From Octopus bimaculoides (taxonomy: Eukaryota): 64,000 nucleotides of DNA. How positions within the stretch are numbered: position 1 is the stretch's first letter; every line of letters starts with the position of its first letter. The stretch is from positions 74,794,781-74,858,780 of the forward strand of contig NC_068982.1 in the NCBI RefSeq assembly GCF_001194135.2. The letters run 5' to 3'. Below the pieces are notes generated by a model that had not been told where the DNA came from, did no database searches, and was given only the letters and a program-made list of their open reading frames with translations. Below are positions 36,867 to 49,599 of the stretch, piece after piece. Made by a program: the position numbers and the translations under genes.

Positions 36867-38450
36867 GTGTGTTTATGTGACATGCGCACAAAGAAGCACA
36901 CAAACTCAATGAAACGCCTCTACTTACATTAATCATGAAATAAAATTTAAAGGAGGAAAGGGGTCATTTCAAAGAAATATTTATCTCTTGCGTAGAGAAG
37001 CTATCGAATTTATACATATACAGTGTCTTTCCCCACCACTACACACGCATTCTAAAACTAATGTCCATTAAGAATGTGTGTTATGTAGCTTTATGTACGA
37101 GTTCTTGTTTAGCCCCAGGTCAAAACCTGATCATAAGAACAGACTGATGATCAAAGGTGCTCCAGATGTGATCATCACATCTTTGATTCAGACATAACAC
37201 ATCTCTCTCCAAACTATCTATGGTGTCCTTTTAACACGGTAGAGTAATTTAAGGGAGATTTGGCTGCTATTTCTATCAAGTGACCGAATAATTCCTCCCC
37301 ACCCCGCTTCTTCTGTTCGTGTACGTATGACTACAAAAAAATTAGATTTGAATTATAGTTTCGAAATGATAATTCTTTCTAATTTTGGCACAAGGTCAGC
37401 AATTTGAGCGAATGGGCTACTCTATACCATCGATCTCTCTACTTGACTAGTACTTTATTTTATCGACCTCGACGGAATTTGAACTCAGAATGCCTTAATA
37501 ATAATTGTTTCCATATAAGCACAAAGCCAGCTATGTTAAGGGAATGGGTAAATCGATTACATCAACTCCAGTGTTCAATTGGTATCTTATTTTATCGACT
37601 TCGAAAGGATGGAAGGCAAAGTCGACTTCGGCGGAATTTGAACTCAGAATGTAGAGCCAGAAGAAATGCTGCTAAGCATACTGTCCGACATTTGAAAATT
37701 ATACTTTTTCCGCGGAAAAAAAAAATCGTAATAATTATCCAACAATTAATAATTTAGTTAAATTGCTTTAACAAATCCACTAATTATTGATATCATGTAC
37801 ATAACTAGATAAACAACTATTGAAAAAAAAACATGAATTCTGTCGTAAATTTTACGTTTAATAAATAATTTTACTTCGAGCACGAGCATTTTGCCTTCAG
37901 GTTTCATCATCAGAACTTTAAAGAATTTCCAGAAATTATTTATTTGATGTTCCATGAGAATTTTTTTAGTCTGTAAGCAAGAGAGAGAAAGGGTCGTAGT
38001 TACTATGGCGAGCCAGCAAGTACTTGTCATTTTAACTAAATTGATACATCTAGCAGCCATGTTTGATAACTGCTGCAGGTAAATGGTGAACAACAGTCAC
38101 ACAACACTAATACTTGGATTGTTTCTAGTCATCGTTGTTATTATTGTTGTTGTTTAACATAATCTCTTCACACCCATCCGCCTTCTGAACCCAACCCGTT
38201 TAATCAATGGTCGCGATCATAGATGTAAGGGACCTAACTCTTCTTACTAATTGCTTTTCAAAGTCGCGCAAACTTCACAAAGACGGAGGATGGTAAAACT
38301 CGGACTAAGTGTTCGTGACACGAACGAAGAGGCTGGTTACTTGTGGGATTCGACGTTGTCGTAAAAGCTTGGCAGTTTCAGAATAGGGAAAGTGGGAATC
38401 TGTAATGTCGCAGTTTTGGAATAACTGTCCTTCGAAGACCATACCTCAAG
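36420..38450. promoter_or_regulatory. Candidate promoter / first-exon region (CpG-retaining), possibly bidirectional
   Basis: Many intact CpGs in unique sequence (gtcgcgat, gtcgcgc, gcgagtgcgcgcg). actATGGCG at 38005 reads open to cag|gtaaat at 38078. A minus-strand donor gcc|gtaaga sits at 36499. Confidence 0.5.
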
Positions 38451-38509
38451 GGAAAGGAAAAGAGTACAGAAATAGAGGTAAAAAGAAAATATTAACAAAA
38501 ATTTGAATT

Positions 38510-38870
38510 GCCACCTTTTACTTGTTTCAGTCATTGGACTTCGGCCATACTGGAGCACTGCATTGAGGAATTTAGTCGAACAGAAATACCCCAATACTTG
38601 TTTTTATGCCCAATACTTATTTTATTGAAATCTTTTCCCAAACCGCTAAGTTAGGACAAACCAGCACCAGTTGCCAAGAGGTGATGGTGCTCAGGCACAA
38701 GCACACATATAAGACGCGCTTCCATACTGTATCTGTCTACCAATTTCACTCATGAGGCATTGGTCAGTCTGGGACTTTAGTAGAAGACATTTTCCCAATA
38801 TGTCACCCAGTGGGACTGAACCAAAACCACATAGCTGCAAAAGTAAGCTTCTTAACCACACAGCCACCCC
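38510..38870 (-). mobile_element. SINE family A, older copy
   Basis: ttttacttgtttcagtcatt...taaccacacagccac. Confidence 0.82.
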
Positions 38871-39421
38871 CAAACTCTAGAAAAAGAGCAGTGTTGGGGA
38901 ACTTACCTTTTCCTTTCCCATGAGATGTGCAACTTTGAAGGACAGCTTTGCCAAAAACTCCGTTTTTGATTTATTGAGATTGCCCCCCGCCCCACCAAGA
39001 CGTTATTGCTGGAAGGGAAATGCTTTGATTCCAACTGGGAATGTAAACTGAGGATTTGGAATCAGTTTCTGTTAAGAACTTACTGCCCCTTCCTAAGGCT
39101 TCTCATATATTCATGATCATAACCTGTTTTCAACTACACTCAAAGGTTTCCGTAATTTCGCAGGCACAACAGCAGACATTTGGAATAGCTATCACTACTT
39201 CATAGGGAAGAAAAAGAACAAAGAATTGGGTAGTTTCTCCTATTTTTTCACCTTTTAGCATTCCTGTGCTTCATACTACAGGAATTACAATTTTGACAAA
39301 ACTTTTCTCCCCACTAATCCTATTTCTCCCCACTTTTCCTTCTCCATAAGGTGGTGACAGGTATCCCTCAAGTCCATCAACACAACAATCAGCTGTAATA
39401 GTATTGTTGATATTTTAATGT

Positions 39422-39819
39422 GCGCAGGAGTGGCTGTGTGGTAAGTAGCTTGCTTACCAACCACATGGTTCTGGGTTCAGTCCCACAGCGTGGCACTTTG
39501 GGCAAGTGTCTTCTACTATAGCCTCGGGCCGACCAAAGCCTTGTGAGTGGATTTGGTAGACGGAAACTGAAAGAAGCCCGTCGTATATATGTATATATAT
39601 GTATGTGTTTGTGTGTCTGTGTTTGTCCCCCCAACATCGCTTGACAACCGATGGTGGTGTGTTTACGTCCCTGTAACTTAGCGGTTCGGCAAAAGATACC
39701 GATAGAATAAGTACTAGGCTTCCAAAAAATAAGTCCTGGGGTCGATTTGCTCGACTAAAAGGCAGTGCTCCAGCATGGCCGCAGTCAAATGACTGAAACA
39801 AGTAAAAGAGTAAAAGAGT
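39422..39819 (+). mobile_element. SINE family A, young full-length copy
   Basis: Near-identical to 13176-13592. Confidence 0.9.
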
Positions 39820-40039
39820 GGATATCATAACAGACAAAATTAACTTCAGCAATAATTTCATTTATCTGATATCTCTATTTTAGCTTAGAGATATTAGAAA
39901 TAGATAATGATGTAACAAACTTGAAGTCAGTTTGTTATAATATTGTTATTTATTTGCCTTACCTCTACTCACACACAGGAAACAGATATATTTAGCCAGG
40001 AGAGAAGCAGAAAAGAAGAAGTTTACCAATGGTCTGCAA

Positions 40040-41088
40040 TGTGAGGACCAAAGACTTGAAGTGTTTTGAATTGCAAGACAGTGTGTGAGAGAAAATAGTG
40101 ATGTCATAGGAGAGAAATGTGTCTGCATGGATGACGGTTCACTTGCATTTAATGATTCTGCAAAGAAAGAGGCTTGGAAATGTCATTATGAAAGGTTGCT
40201 AAATGTGGAGAATGCATGGGAGAAGGAGAGTCTGCCAAATATAGACCCAACTGAGGGACCAGCAATACAACGGAGTGGGAAATAATCAGTACAGCTAAAC
40301 CATATCAAGTAGGGGGAAGTGGCTGTGACTCCTGTATAGAAGAATTATACCAAATATTTACACCGAGAAACAAATTACTATCTAAACTGAGAGTAGCTTG
40401 GTAGATAAAGCAATTAAGGATATGAAGACAGGGAAAGCTCTTAAACCTTCAGGAATCACTGCTGAGATGCTTAAAATATCTGGTGGAGTAAGATGTGGCC
40501 TAGTCACATATATAGTTAATCAGGTTGTTCATGAGGGAATCATACTTAACAATTGGTGTAGCTGCATTATAGTCAACTGCTACAAAGGTAAAGGTGATAC
40601 CTTAGACAGAAATAATTACAGAGGCATCAAATTTCTGCACCAGGTGATGAAAGTTACAGAAAGGATCAAAGCTCAATTAATTAGAAAGAGAGTCAGTGTG
40701 GATGAGATGCAGTTCAGATTTGTACCAGGTAGAAGCTTGACTGATACTATCTTGTCAAGGCAACTGCAGAAGTATTTAACCAAAAATAAACCTCTGTACC
40801 TGGCTTTTGTCGACATGGAAAAAATTTTTAACAGGATCCCCTACTCTTTCTTATCTGGTGGTCAATGCAGAAGCTAGGGATTGAGGAGTGGCTAGTGAGA
40901 GCTGTACAAACCTTGTACAGGGATGCTGCCAGTAAGGTGAAGGTTGGCAATGAGTATAGCAATGAATTCAGTATACAGGTAGAAGTTCACCAAGGTTCAG
41001 TTCTCAGCCTCTTGTTTATCTTAGCCTTCCAGGCCTTAACAGAGGAATTCAAGAAAGGCTGTCCTTGAGAGCTCCTCTACACAGACAA
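40040..41088 (+). mobile_element. RTE LINE fragment (RT region), interrupted by a Penelope-like fragment at about 40270-40391
   Basis: ORFs 40085..40285, 40398..40877 and 40865..41068 (NYRGIKFL.QVMKV, FVDMEK, VHQGSVLS), ending at ELLYTD. Confidence 0.93.
40270..40391 (+). mobile_element. Short PLE fragment nested inside the RTE copy
   Basis: EWEIISTAKPYQVGGSGCDSCIEELYQIF; clearly similar to 41409-41515; splits the RTE peptide GPAIQ|SSLVDKAIK. Confidence 0.8.
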
Positions 41089-41089
41089 T

Positions 41090-41580
41090 CAATAGAAACA
41101 AGGACAGCAGAACCATCTAGCAGCAGCCATAATATAATAAATAATAGAAGCAAGGAATTAGATCTCTCTAACTGTGCCAGGGATGCAGTATGACCATTAG
41201 ACTCAAGTTGTTTGAAAAAGAACCTAGTCTATAGCTACAAAACCACTTCTTAGGAAAAGGCATACTTCTATATAGGGTCAGCTCTTTTAATATCAAGAGA
41301 AGCCTGGCTAATCACTTCTATTCGTTTAGGGATAGAAATAAAACAAATAGTACAAGCCTAAGCAAACTAATCTGGTCAATTAAAGATAAAAACCATAGTA
41401 ATGCTACAGAGTGGGAAATAATCAGTACAGATATTGAGCAAGGGGAAGTGGCTTTGACCTCTGTATAGAAGAATTATACCAAATATTTACATCAAGAAAC
41501 AAATTACTTATTACTAGACTTGAGCAGGCTTTAAAATGCTTACATAAACACAACAAAACATTTAAAGAAAGTTCTAAATA
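41090..41580 (+). mobile_element. Penelope-like element, GIY-YIG endonuclease region (decayed)
   Basis: NCARDAV*PLDSSCLKKNLVY...FYIGS...IKRSLANHFYSFRDRNKTNSTSLSKLIWSIKDK...EWEIIST...KCLHKH. Confidence 0.8.
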
Positions 41581-42104
41581 ACCCAATGCCCCACCCACAG
41601 TTGAGTGTGAAAGAAAGGATAGAAGAACATATCCTAAACTCAAAAAATTCATGACCCTCCTTAACAAACCTAGCATATATTCTATCCAATGAACTGCAAA
41701 ACATAAACAACACAGCCAAGAGAATGATTATATGAACAACTAAAAACATTACAATACAAGCACTACACTTGAAAACAAGGCTACAGCAAACCCAACTACT
41801 ACAATACACAAGGAACCCTGCAAAGAGTGTAACATCAACCTTGACCTAATTAAACCAAACCCTTACTGCAGAGAGTAACTGATGTGAATCTGAGGTCAAC
41901 TGCACAAGCCTACAAACAGATCAAATTTCAGTTTCAAAACAACACCCCCACATCCCCCTGAATCCTAACTAACAAACAACTAACTCCACTCAGTTTGCTT
42001 TGAAACTAGCCAAATGGATAGACTCTGAAGAAGCTACACTGAAAATCATGCTGGGTTGCATCTGCAACTGCCCATAATCTGTGCAGTGGAAACACGTGTA
42101 GATC

Positions 42105-42392
42105 ATAATCATCATCATCATCATCGTTTAACGTCCGCTTTCCATGCTAGCATGGGTTGGACGATTTGACTGAGGACTGGTGAAACCGGATGGCAACACC
42201 AGGCTCCAGTCTGATTTGGCAGAGTTTCTACAGCTGGATGCCCTTCCTAATGCCAACCACTCAGAGAGTGTAGTGGGTGCTTTTACGTGTCACCCGCACG
42301 AAAACGGCCACACTTGAAATGGTGTCTTTTATGTGCCACCCGCACAAGCCAGTCCAGGGGCACTGGCAATGATCTCGCTCGAAAATCCTACA
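42105..42392 (-). mobile_element. Young 5'-truncated RTE 3' tail
   Basis: Same sequence as the 24595 copy but longer; abuts the 99-bp perfect palindrome. Confidence 0.85.
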
Positions 42393-42597
42393 ATATATAA
42401 GCAATAATTATAACACTATAGAACATGGAGACTTGTTTATCCTTAAAATTTGTTTCCTCTTATTTTACAATTCCATACAACATATTTTTATAATAACCAT
42501 AAAAATATGTTGTATGGAATTGTAAAATAAGAGGAAACAAATTTTAAGGATAAACAAGTCTCCATGTTCTATAGTGTTATAATTATTGCTTATATAT
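42393..42597. repeat. Perfect inverted repeat: 99-bp arms, 7-nt loop
   Basis: Checked base by base: 42393-42491 is the reverse complement of 42499-42597. Confidence 0.95.
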
Positions 42598-44772
42598 AAA
42601 TAAATATATATGTATATCAAACATTAATTACAAAATAATCATAATTATGGTGTCAAACTGGAACCTTGGTCTAATAATAAAGTACTGCACTAGAGCACCA
42701 GACATTGATTGTATAAGCGATGGTTCTTCTTTGGCATTTAGTCTTCTGTTTGAATCTAACCAAAATCAATTTAATTTAAAGTAGTACATTGGCAGGGCAA
42801 TTAGATAATCTGATAGACAGCGTTGTGGTACTTATTTTAACTCTCTGCTCTGAGTTCAAATCCTGCCAATGTCAACTTTTTCTTTCACTCTTTCAGAGAT
42901 CAGCTAAAAGGCAGTGGAACTGGAAGAATGTCAGACCAGATGCCTGGTGGTATTTGATCTGATTCTCTGTGTTCTGAGTTCAAATCCTTTGGTGGCCTAC
43001 TTGGGTAGTACACTATTGCCCAGTTTAATACCATGACCTAGTTCTTGAGTATCTTTAGTAGAGTTCACTCTTCTGCAAGCATTCAAGCCATATCTCTGGT
43101 TTGAAGACATCTTCTTTCCCACTGGCCTCAGAGGCTCTTTAAACAGTGATGAACATTGCCTCCCACCTTGAATTTCACCAAATAGCCATTAAAATAGTTA
43201 TTAGTGTTGTTATACTAAGAATAAATAACCCCAAATGAGACTTATCTGATAAACTGGTTCTGTGAATCACTAAAAGACACAGCAACCAAAATCTCCCTCA
43301 AATGACATCCTAATCATCTTAAAAGAAGAAAATGCACATCAAATAATGCAGTCCTCAATACATTGTGTAAGTGAAATATGGGAGGAACAAAACTAAATTG
43401 TCTTTGATCATAAATTTTCCCAGTCAAGTCTGATCTCGGTCTAAACACATTCTGCTAACCTCAGCATTTCACAACTCCACATTTCCATTTCACTCACGAT
43501 CAGATTTGACGTATGTGGTGGTATGGAAATGTTTGTGTGGAACTCAACCCTTGAGTTTCATGAATTGTCATGCTGACTGAATGCAGGTCACTTTGAAACC
43601 ATAAATGACACACAATAAATCTAGTCATTAAATAAATTTCAGAGTAAATATGTCCTCAATTCTGTGGGATTTTCTTCAGACATTGGATAGAGACCCAACA
43701 GAGTTTTTGCTTCATAAGAGATGCTACTATCAGTGACTCTTTTACTTCCATTACACATCTTTAATGCTGTGGCAGAGGTGATGGCAATGGTGTTACTGGA
43801 GCTGGGTTACTTACAAGGAAAATTTTGACTTTATTAATGGTCCATTTCACCAAAGTATCAAATGATATGCAGGAGGGTTCTTGGCTATTCCAATACTTCA
43901 TCCTCACAATTAACTATAAAAATGCTCTGAGCATTTTGTAGTGTCTCAAAAATTTTAGAGAGTAACACCAATGTTCCGTGGAGGCAATGTATATTTGATG
44001 TAATGCACTTGCATCTTTATTTTGTTTGCTTATTTACTGAGTTCATGCTATTTCTGTCTTTACTCCTTTTTGTTATTTTTTTTTGCTGTTTACTTTTGTT
44101 GTGTACTTTAAATAACAAAACACCCAACAAACAAGTACCACTAATCAAAGTACAACACTGAAATTGTCAGAAACTCTCCAAAATCAAGGGTTGAGTGCCA
44201 CACAAACATTTCATCCCATACCACCACATACGTCAAAGTTCCACATGAAAAAAAAATTGGTGTGAGTGCTGGTGCCACATAAAAAGCACCCAGTACTGGT
44301 GTGACTCCTGGTCAAGCCAGTTCCTGTCAAGCCATCAACCCATACCAGCATGGAAAATGGATATTAAATGTTGTTGATGATGATAATAATGACACCTTGT
44401 ACTTTGAAGTGCTACCCTGACACCTTATCACCACTATTTTTAGTTTTTACCAGCTCCACCTGATCACTACCACATCCTCTTCTAAAATGTGAACAGTCTT
44501 GTAGTTCCTTTACAAGAAGCCTGTTTTGTTCCAGTCCCTCCTCTTATAAACTGCTTTGCAGTATTTTTTCATCTTTTTATGTTCTGAGTTCAAATCCTGC
44601 CATAGTTAACTTCTTTTATCCCTTAGGTGGAGGTCAATAAAATAAGGTCCCAGTCAAGTACTTAAGGTTGGTGGATCCTTGAAAATATATTGCATCTCAA
44701 ACTTCAATACCCTTTTAAATATATTTCTCCTCTCTCTCTCTCAACTATATCATCTTTGAATTGTCACCACAG

Positions 44773-45120
44773 ATGCAGGCATGACTGTGTGGTTAAGAAG
44801 CTCACTTTATAAACACATAGTTTTGGGTTCAGTTCCACTGTGTGGCACCTTGGGCATTTATCTTCTACTATATCCCCAGGTCAGCAAATATCTTGTGAGT
44901 GAATTTAGAAGATGGATACTTTGTAGAAGCCCATTGCATATGTATGTGTGTCTTTGTGTCTGACAACTGGTGTTGGTTTGTATTTGTTCCCATAACTTAG
45001 CAGTTTGTTAAAAGAGTGCAATAGAATAAGTACCAGGGTCGATTTGTTCAATTAAAACCGTTTGAGGTAGTGCTCTAGCATGGCTGTAGTCCAATGACTG
45101 AATCAAGTAAAAGGTAAGAG
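44773..45120 (+). mobile_element. SINE family A, older copy
   Basis: gatgcaggcatgactgtgtggttaagaagc...aagtaaaagg. Confidence 0.82.
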
Positions 45121-46379
45121 GCATGAAAGTGATTCCTTGCAACCTTTTCCTGCACGAATATAGTTGAAATATGGCTTATATGAAGCAAACAAAGTCTTTG
45201 TTTATTAACCTTATTCAGTGTCTTGTACGTTTCGTATGTAATTAGATCTGGCTGAAATATTAGGGGTTAAAAGTATCTCTTCTGATTTTTCCTAATTTTT
45301 TCCATCGTTGAACTATTCATCCAGGCATAAAAAAAAAATGGAGGAACTGGTTCAAGGGAAGTAACTATGCATTACCGCCTATTTAGAAATTTTTAATTGA
45401 GAGAGAGACACAAGCTAAACTATAGTATGTGAATATATATATATATAAAACAGTTTCCTGATTAACATAAAACAGCATTCCTGATGGTTTGGGTAAATAG
45501 TTTTTAAAATAATTTAAACGAATTATGTATCACAATTATATAATTATTCATTTAATGATGTTTCAGCTGTTGAGCACAATTAGAGTATCGACGAGCCAGT
45601 GGGTTACATATGGTTCCAATGTCAGCTTTGGAATGATTTCTACAATTGGATGCCCTTCTTAATGCCAACCACTTTACAGAGTGTGCTGGGCGCGTTTTTC
45701 ATGGTACCAACACAAGTGAGGTTGCCAACCAAGTAACTTGCGAAACAAAATACCTTGACAGAGTTAATATAATACATATTATCGAATTTGTTGAACTGAA
45801 AACTAGTGACTCCTAAATGATACAATGCACTTAATATAGGTGTTACTTTCTCATGGTGCCTATTTGCAAAGCTCACTTTTTAACAAACTCACTAGCTAAT
45901 CACAACACCAGTGCCTGTCCCGACACTGATTTTCAATATATCATTAGCAGGGAGACAAGTCACTGCTATTGTTGGCAGGGAGATGAGTTGCTGTTATCGT
46001 TGGCAGGAAGATGCATCACTGCTACCTCTAGCAGTAGAGCATCCATTTTCAATGAGACTAGGGAAGGTTGAAATCACATGATTTGGTGGTTTTGGCACTG
46101 GAGGTAGTGGGCATTTATCTCCTATGACAGTGCTATAAACAAGCATTCATTTTGTACCAGTATGAGAGTTTCTCTCATTGTATCTACCACAGTATAGTTT
46201 GTTCTAAAGAACATCTACATTTAAGTGGATATAATATTACCTCACAGACAAATTAGTAAGTATTGTTTCAGTCAATGATACATCATGGTGAAGGTAAGAG
46301 AATATGAAGTATCATCTCTATGAGCTAAAAGGTAATCCTAAACTCTTAACTCAATGAGCTGCAACTTTAAACCTTATAA

Positions 46380-48045
46380 CCAACATCATCATCATTTAAC
46401 GTCCATTTTCCATACTGGCATGGGTTGGATGGTTTGACAGGAGCTGGCATATCAGAAGTCTGTACCAAGCTTGACAGACTGCTTCACCTGGGTTTCTGAG
46501 TGTACTGGGTGTATTTTTATGTGGTACCAACAGCAGTGAGGTGGCTAAATAACTCACAAGACAAATATCTTTCAACTGGAAGCGGGAGTGGCTTTGAGTT
46601 AGGTGATGAGATGTTACAATAAGAATAAAGAGACAGAAATAGGTATCTTGCAGTAAAGGAAATACAAATCTATCTCAGTAGGAGGGAGAGAGAAGAGAGA
46701 GATGATGATGAAGATATGGCAGGATTGGGGACACACGAGTTACAGGGAAGCATACATAAGTGGAACCAAAGATCAGATTGAGTGAGCGGGTGGGTAGGTT
46801 CATGAGATTGTGAAAGGAGAGTGAGAAGGGAGAGAATATAGTGAGTGGGCACAAAGAGTGGGAGGGGTGTTAGGAGTATATGTTGTGGGGAAGGGCTTCA
46901 ACAGGGACATAATGTGTGCATGAGGAAAAGGAGAATGGGAAATAGAAGGAAGGGGAATACAGTGAGTGGTAAACTCAGGTGGGGGGTGATGAGAGATGTG
47001 CTAGGAAGATGGGATTTGGAGGAGAGGTTTATCAAGCACAGATTGCATGCAGGAGTATGGACATACTTTTATGGCATCAACTCTACTTAGCAGGACAAGT
47101 CTTCTCAAGCGCAGCAAATCACTAATCATTTTGATCCTTTGTCACATCTGTGAAGCTCAACATCTAAAGATCATTTTTCTTGCGCAGCTCAACATCAGAT
47201 CATTTTTCACTATTTCATTCCTTGTCTTCCTCTTCTGCAGGTTTTCTCCACATGTAGAGATCAGCCCTTCTTTATGCAGCTGTCCTCATCCAAATGCATC
47301 ACAGGACCATGCCAATGCCATCTTCTCTCTTGCATACTATCCCTGATGCTTCTTAGACCCAGATTTTCTCTCAACACATTTACACTTTGTCATAAATGCA
47401 CACTGACATTACACATTCAGCAGAGCATGTCAAATTCATTTCTTTTAAGCATTTGCATGTCCTTTGCAGTCACAGCCCACACTACACTATCATGTAGCAT
47501 AGCTGTTTGTACACAAGCATCATGCAATTTGCTTTTCACTCTCAAGGAGAGGCCCATTGTAGCCAACAGACATATGGTTCCCTCTCCATTGCTAATTTCA
47601 TCATCTAGGTAATAGAAACTATCTGCTACTTCTTTGGATCCTCTTGGGGATTGGAAGAAATCTATATCCTGTGTTTTTAGTGTTTATTGTTCCTGCACAT
47701 CAGCCACACATAAAGACTATGCTCTGTTAACCTTCATGTGATTCTACTGAACCTCTTAATTGTCCATAGTTTGCACTGAATATATCTTATGGAATTTCTA
47801 CCTACATATTTTCTACATACCAACCAGGGCCATTTCCCAGAAGGGACTAGTAACTTAACTGCTTTCCTACTTACTAGTCTTCATTAAATTAACTCTAAGA
47901 CCCTTTGATTCAAGTACTTGCTTCCATTCTGAAATTTCTTCTCTAATTCTACTACAGAATTAGCTATAAGAACAAGGTCATCAGCATTGAAAAGCTCCTA
48001 TGGGCAAGCAGTTTTAAATTCCTGTTATAGGGCTATGACAAACAA
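46380..48045 (-). mobile_element. Degenerate RTE LINE 3' portion
   Basis: Minus strand ...ADDLVLIANS.VELEKKF...; 3' tail catcatcatcatttaacgtccattttcc at 46384. Confidence 0.8.
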
Positions 48046-49599
48046 GAGGTGAACTCCTACCTGCATACTAAATTCGTTGCTATACTCATTGCTGGCTCGG
48101 ATTAGTTGTGGCAAAACAATGTCCAACGAAAGCCTACATGGAGACACAATGAATCAACTCTTGAATCAGAAGATGGAACTAATTTTTTACTCCACACATA
48201 TATGCCTGACATTGGTGACATTGTCACTGAGAATCCCCTGTACTTTTAAATCCTAGAATGAATGGCTGTGAGGTGAAGAAGCTCACTTCCTAAATATGAT
48301 CTTGGGTTCAGTCCCAGTACATGGCACCTGAGGCAAGTATCTTCTACTGTAGCCCTGGATCAACCAAAGCCTTGTGAATGGATTTGATAAACAGAAACTG
48401 AAAGAAGCTTGTTGTGTGTGTGTGTGTGTGTGTGTGTACGTACCCTTGTTTCATCATCACGATAGTTGTAAACAAGCATCAAAATCATGCAACTGATGCT
48501 GTTCATTTCCAGTCTTTGTTGGAAAACTTGCTGGGAGCTATGGAGAAAAACTATCTCGCTCGGAAAAAGGTAAAGGTTGGCAACAGGACCAGAGAATATC
48601 TACCCCAACAAATTCTGTCCGATTCATGCCAGCATGGAAAAGTGGACATTAAATGATGATGCCTCCCACCCACCACCACAGTACTCAAGGTTTAAAAATG
48701 TCAAGATATCTAACATTTGCAAAAGCTGCACTTTGTTATTAGTATTGTAGCTATATGCACATTAGCTATGGCTAAAATTCAACTTAGTGCCTCTTGAATC
48801 CTTTAGTTCCTATTTCAAAGAGATTTTGTTGAGAAAGTGTTTCATACGAGATTGAGTAATCAAGCTGTCTTCACTGGCTTCTGTTGAGTAAATGATTTTG
48901 AATTTGTGTCAGGTTTTATTGATGAACTTAAACACGGATAGGTTGTAACAACTATCATTGAAGAACTTTGGAAAATAAAGTTATGACATTCATGCATTTC
49001 ACAACAGCTTTAAAAATAAAACAGGCACAGGCATGGCTGTGTGATTAAGAAGTTTGCTTCACAACCATGTCGTTTTCAGTTCAGTCACAGTGTAGGCAAT
49101 TGGGGAAAGTGTCTTCCACTAATGCCCTGTGATTGTATTAGATAAATAGAACCTTAAAGAAGCCCATCATGTATATGAGTTTGTGTTTCTTTATCTTGAT
49201 ATAGCATAACAGTTATAAACAAATGGCAATGTCATATAAGCAATATTGCTGATTTCCATCTTCTGTGAAAACATGTCTGGTCATGGGGAAATATTACCTT
49301 GCTTGGAAATAGGAGAGGGTTGGTGACAGGAAGAGCATCTGATTGTAGAAACCTTGCCTCAAATTCTGTCCAACCCATGCAAGCATGGAAAAGTGATTGT
49401 TGAAACTCTGCACACTTACCCTGCCTTACCTTATGGTATCTGACAACAGCTTTTTATCAGTGAAGGATGAGCATGAAATCATGAAATGAACATGAATCCA
49501 GTAAAAAATGAGTAGAAGAGAGTGAGTCATCTAACAATGTATAATAATTGATATTTTACTTCAGATTGATGTTTGTTGTTTGGATATAAACACAGGAGA

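Noticed and set aside
38005-38078. Resemblance of MASQQVL...FDNCC(R) to the LYRM4/ISD11 first exon
   Set aside because: The similarity is too weak (no LYR motif) and no second exon was found, so no gene symbol is assigned.
47958-48048. Plus-strand exon-like open stretch between ctacag| and |gtgaac
   Set aside because: It is the antisense strand of the RTE RT region (ADDLVLIA on the minus strand).
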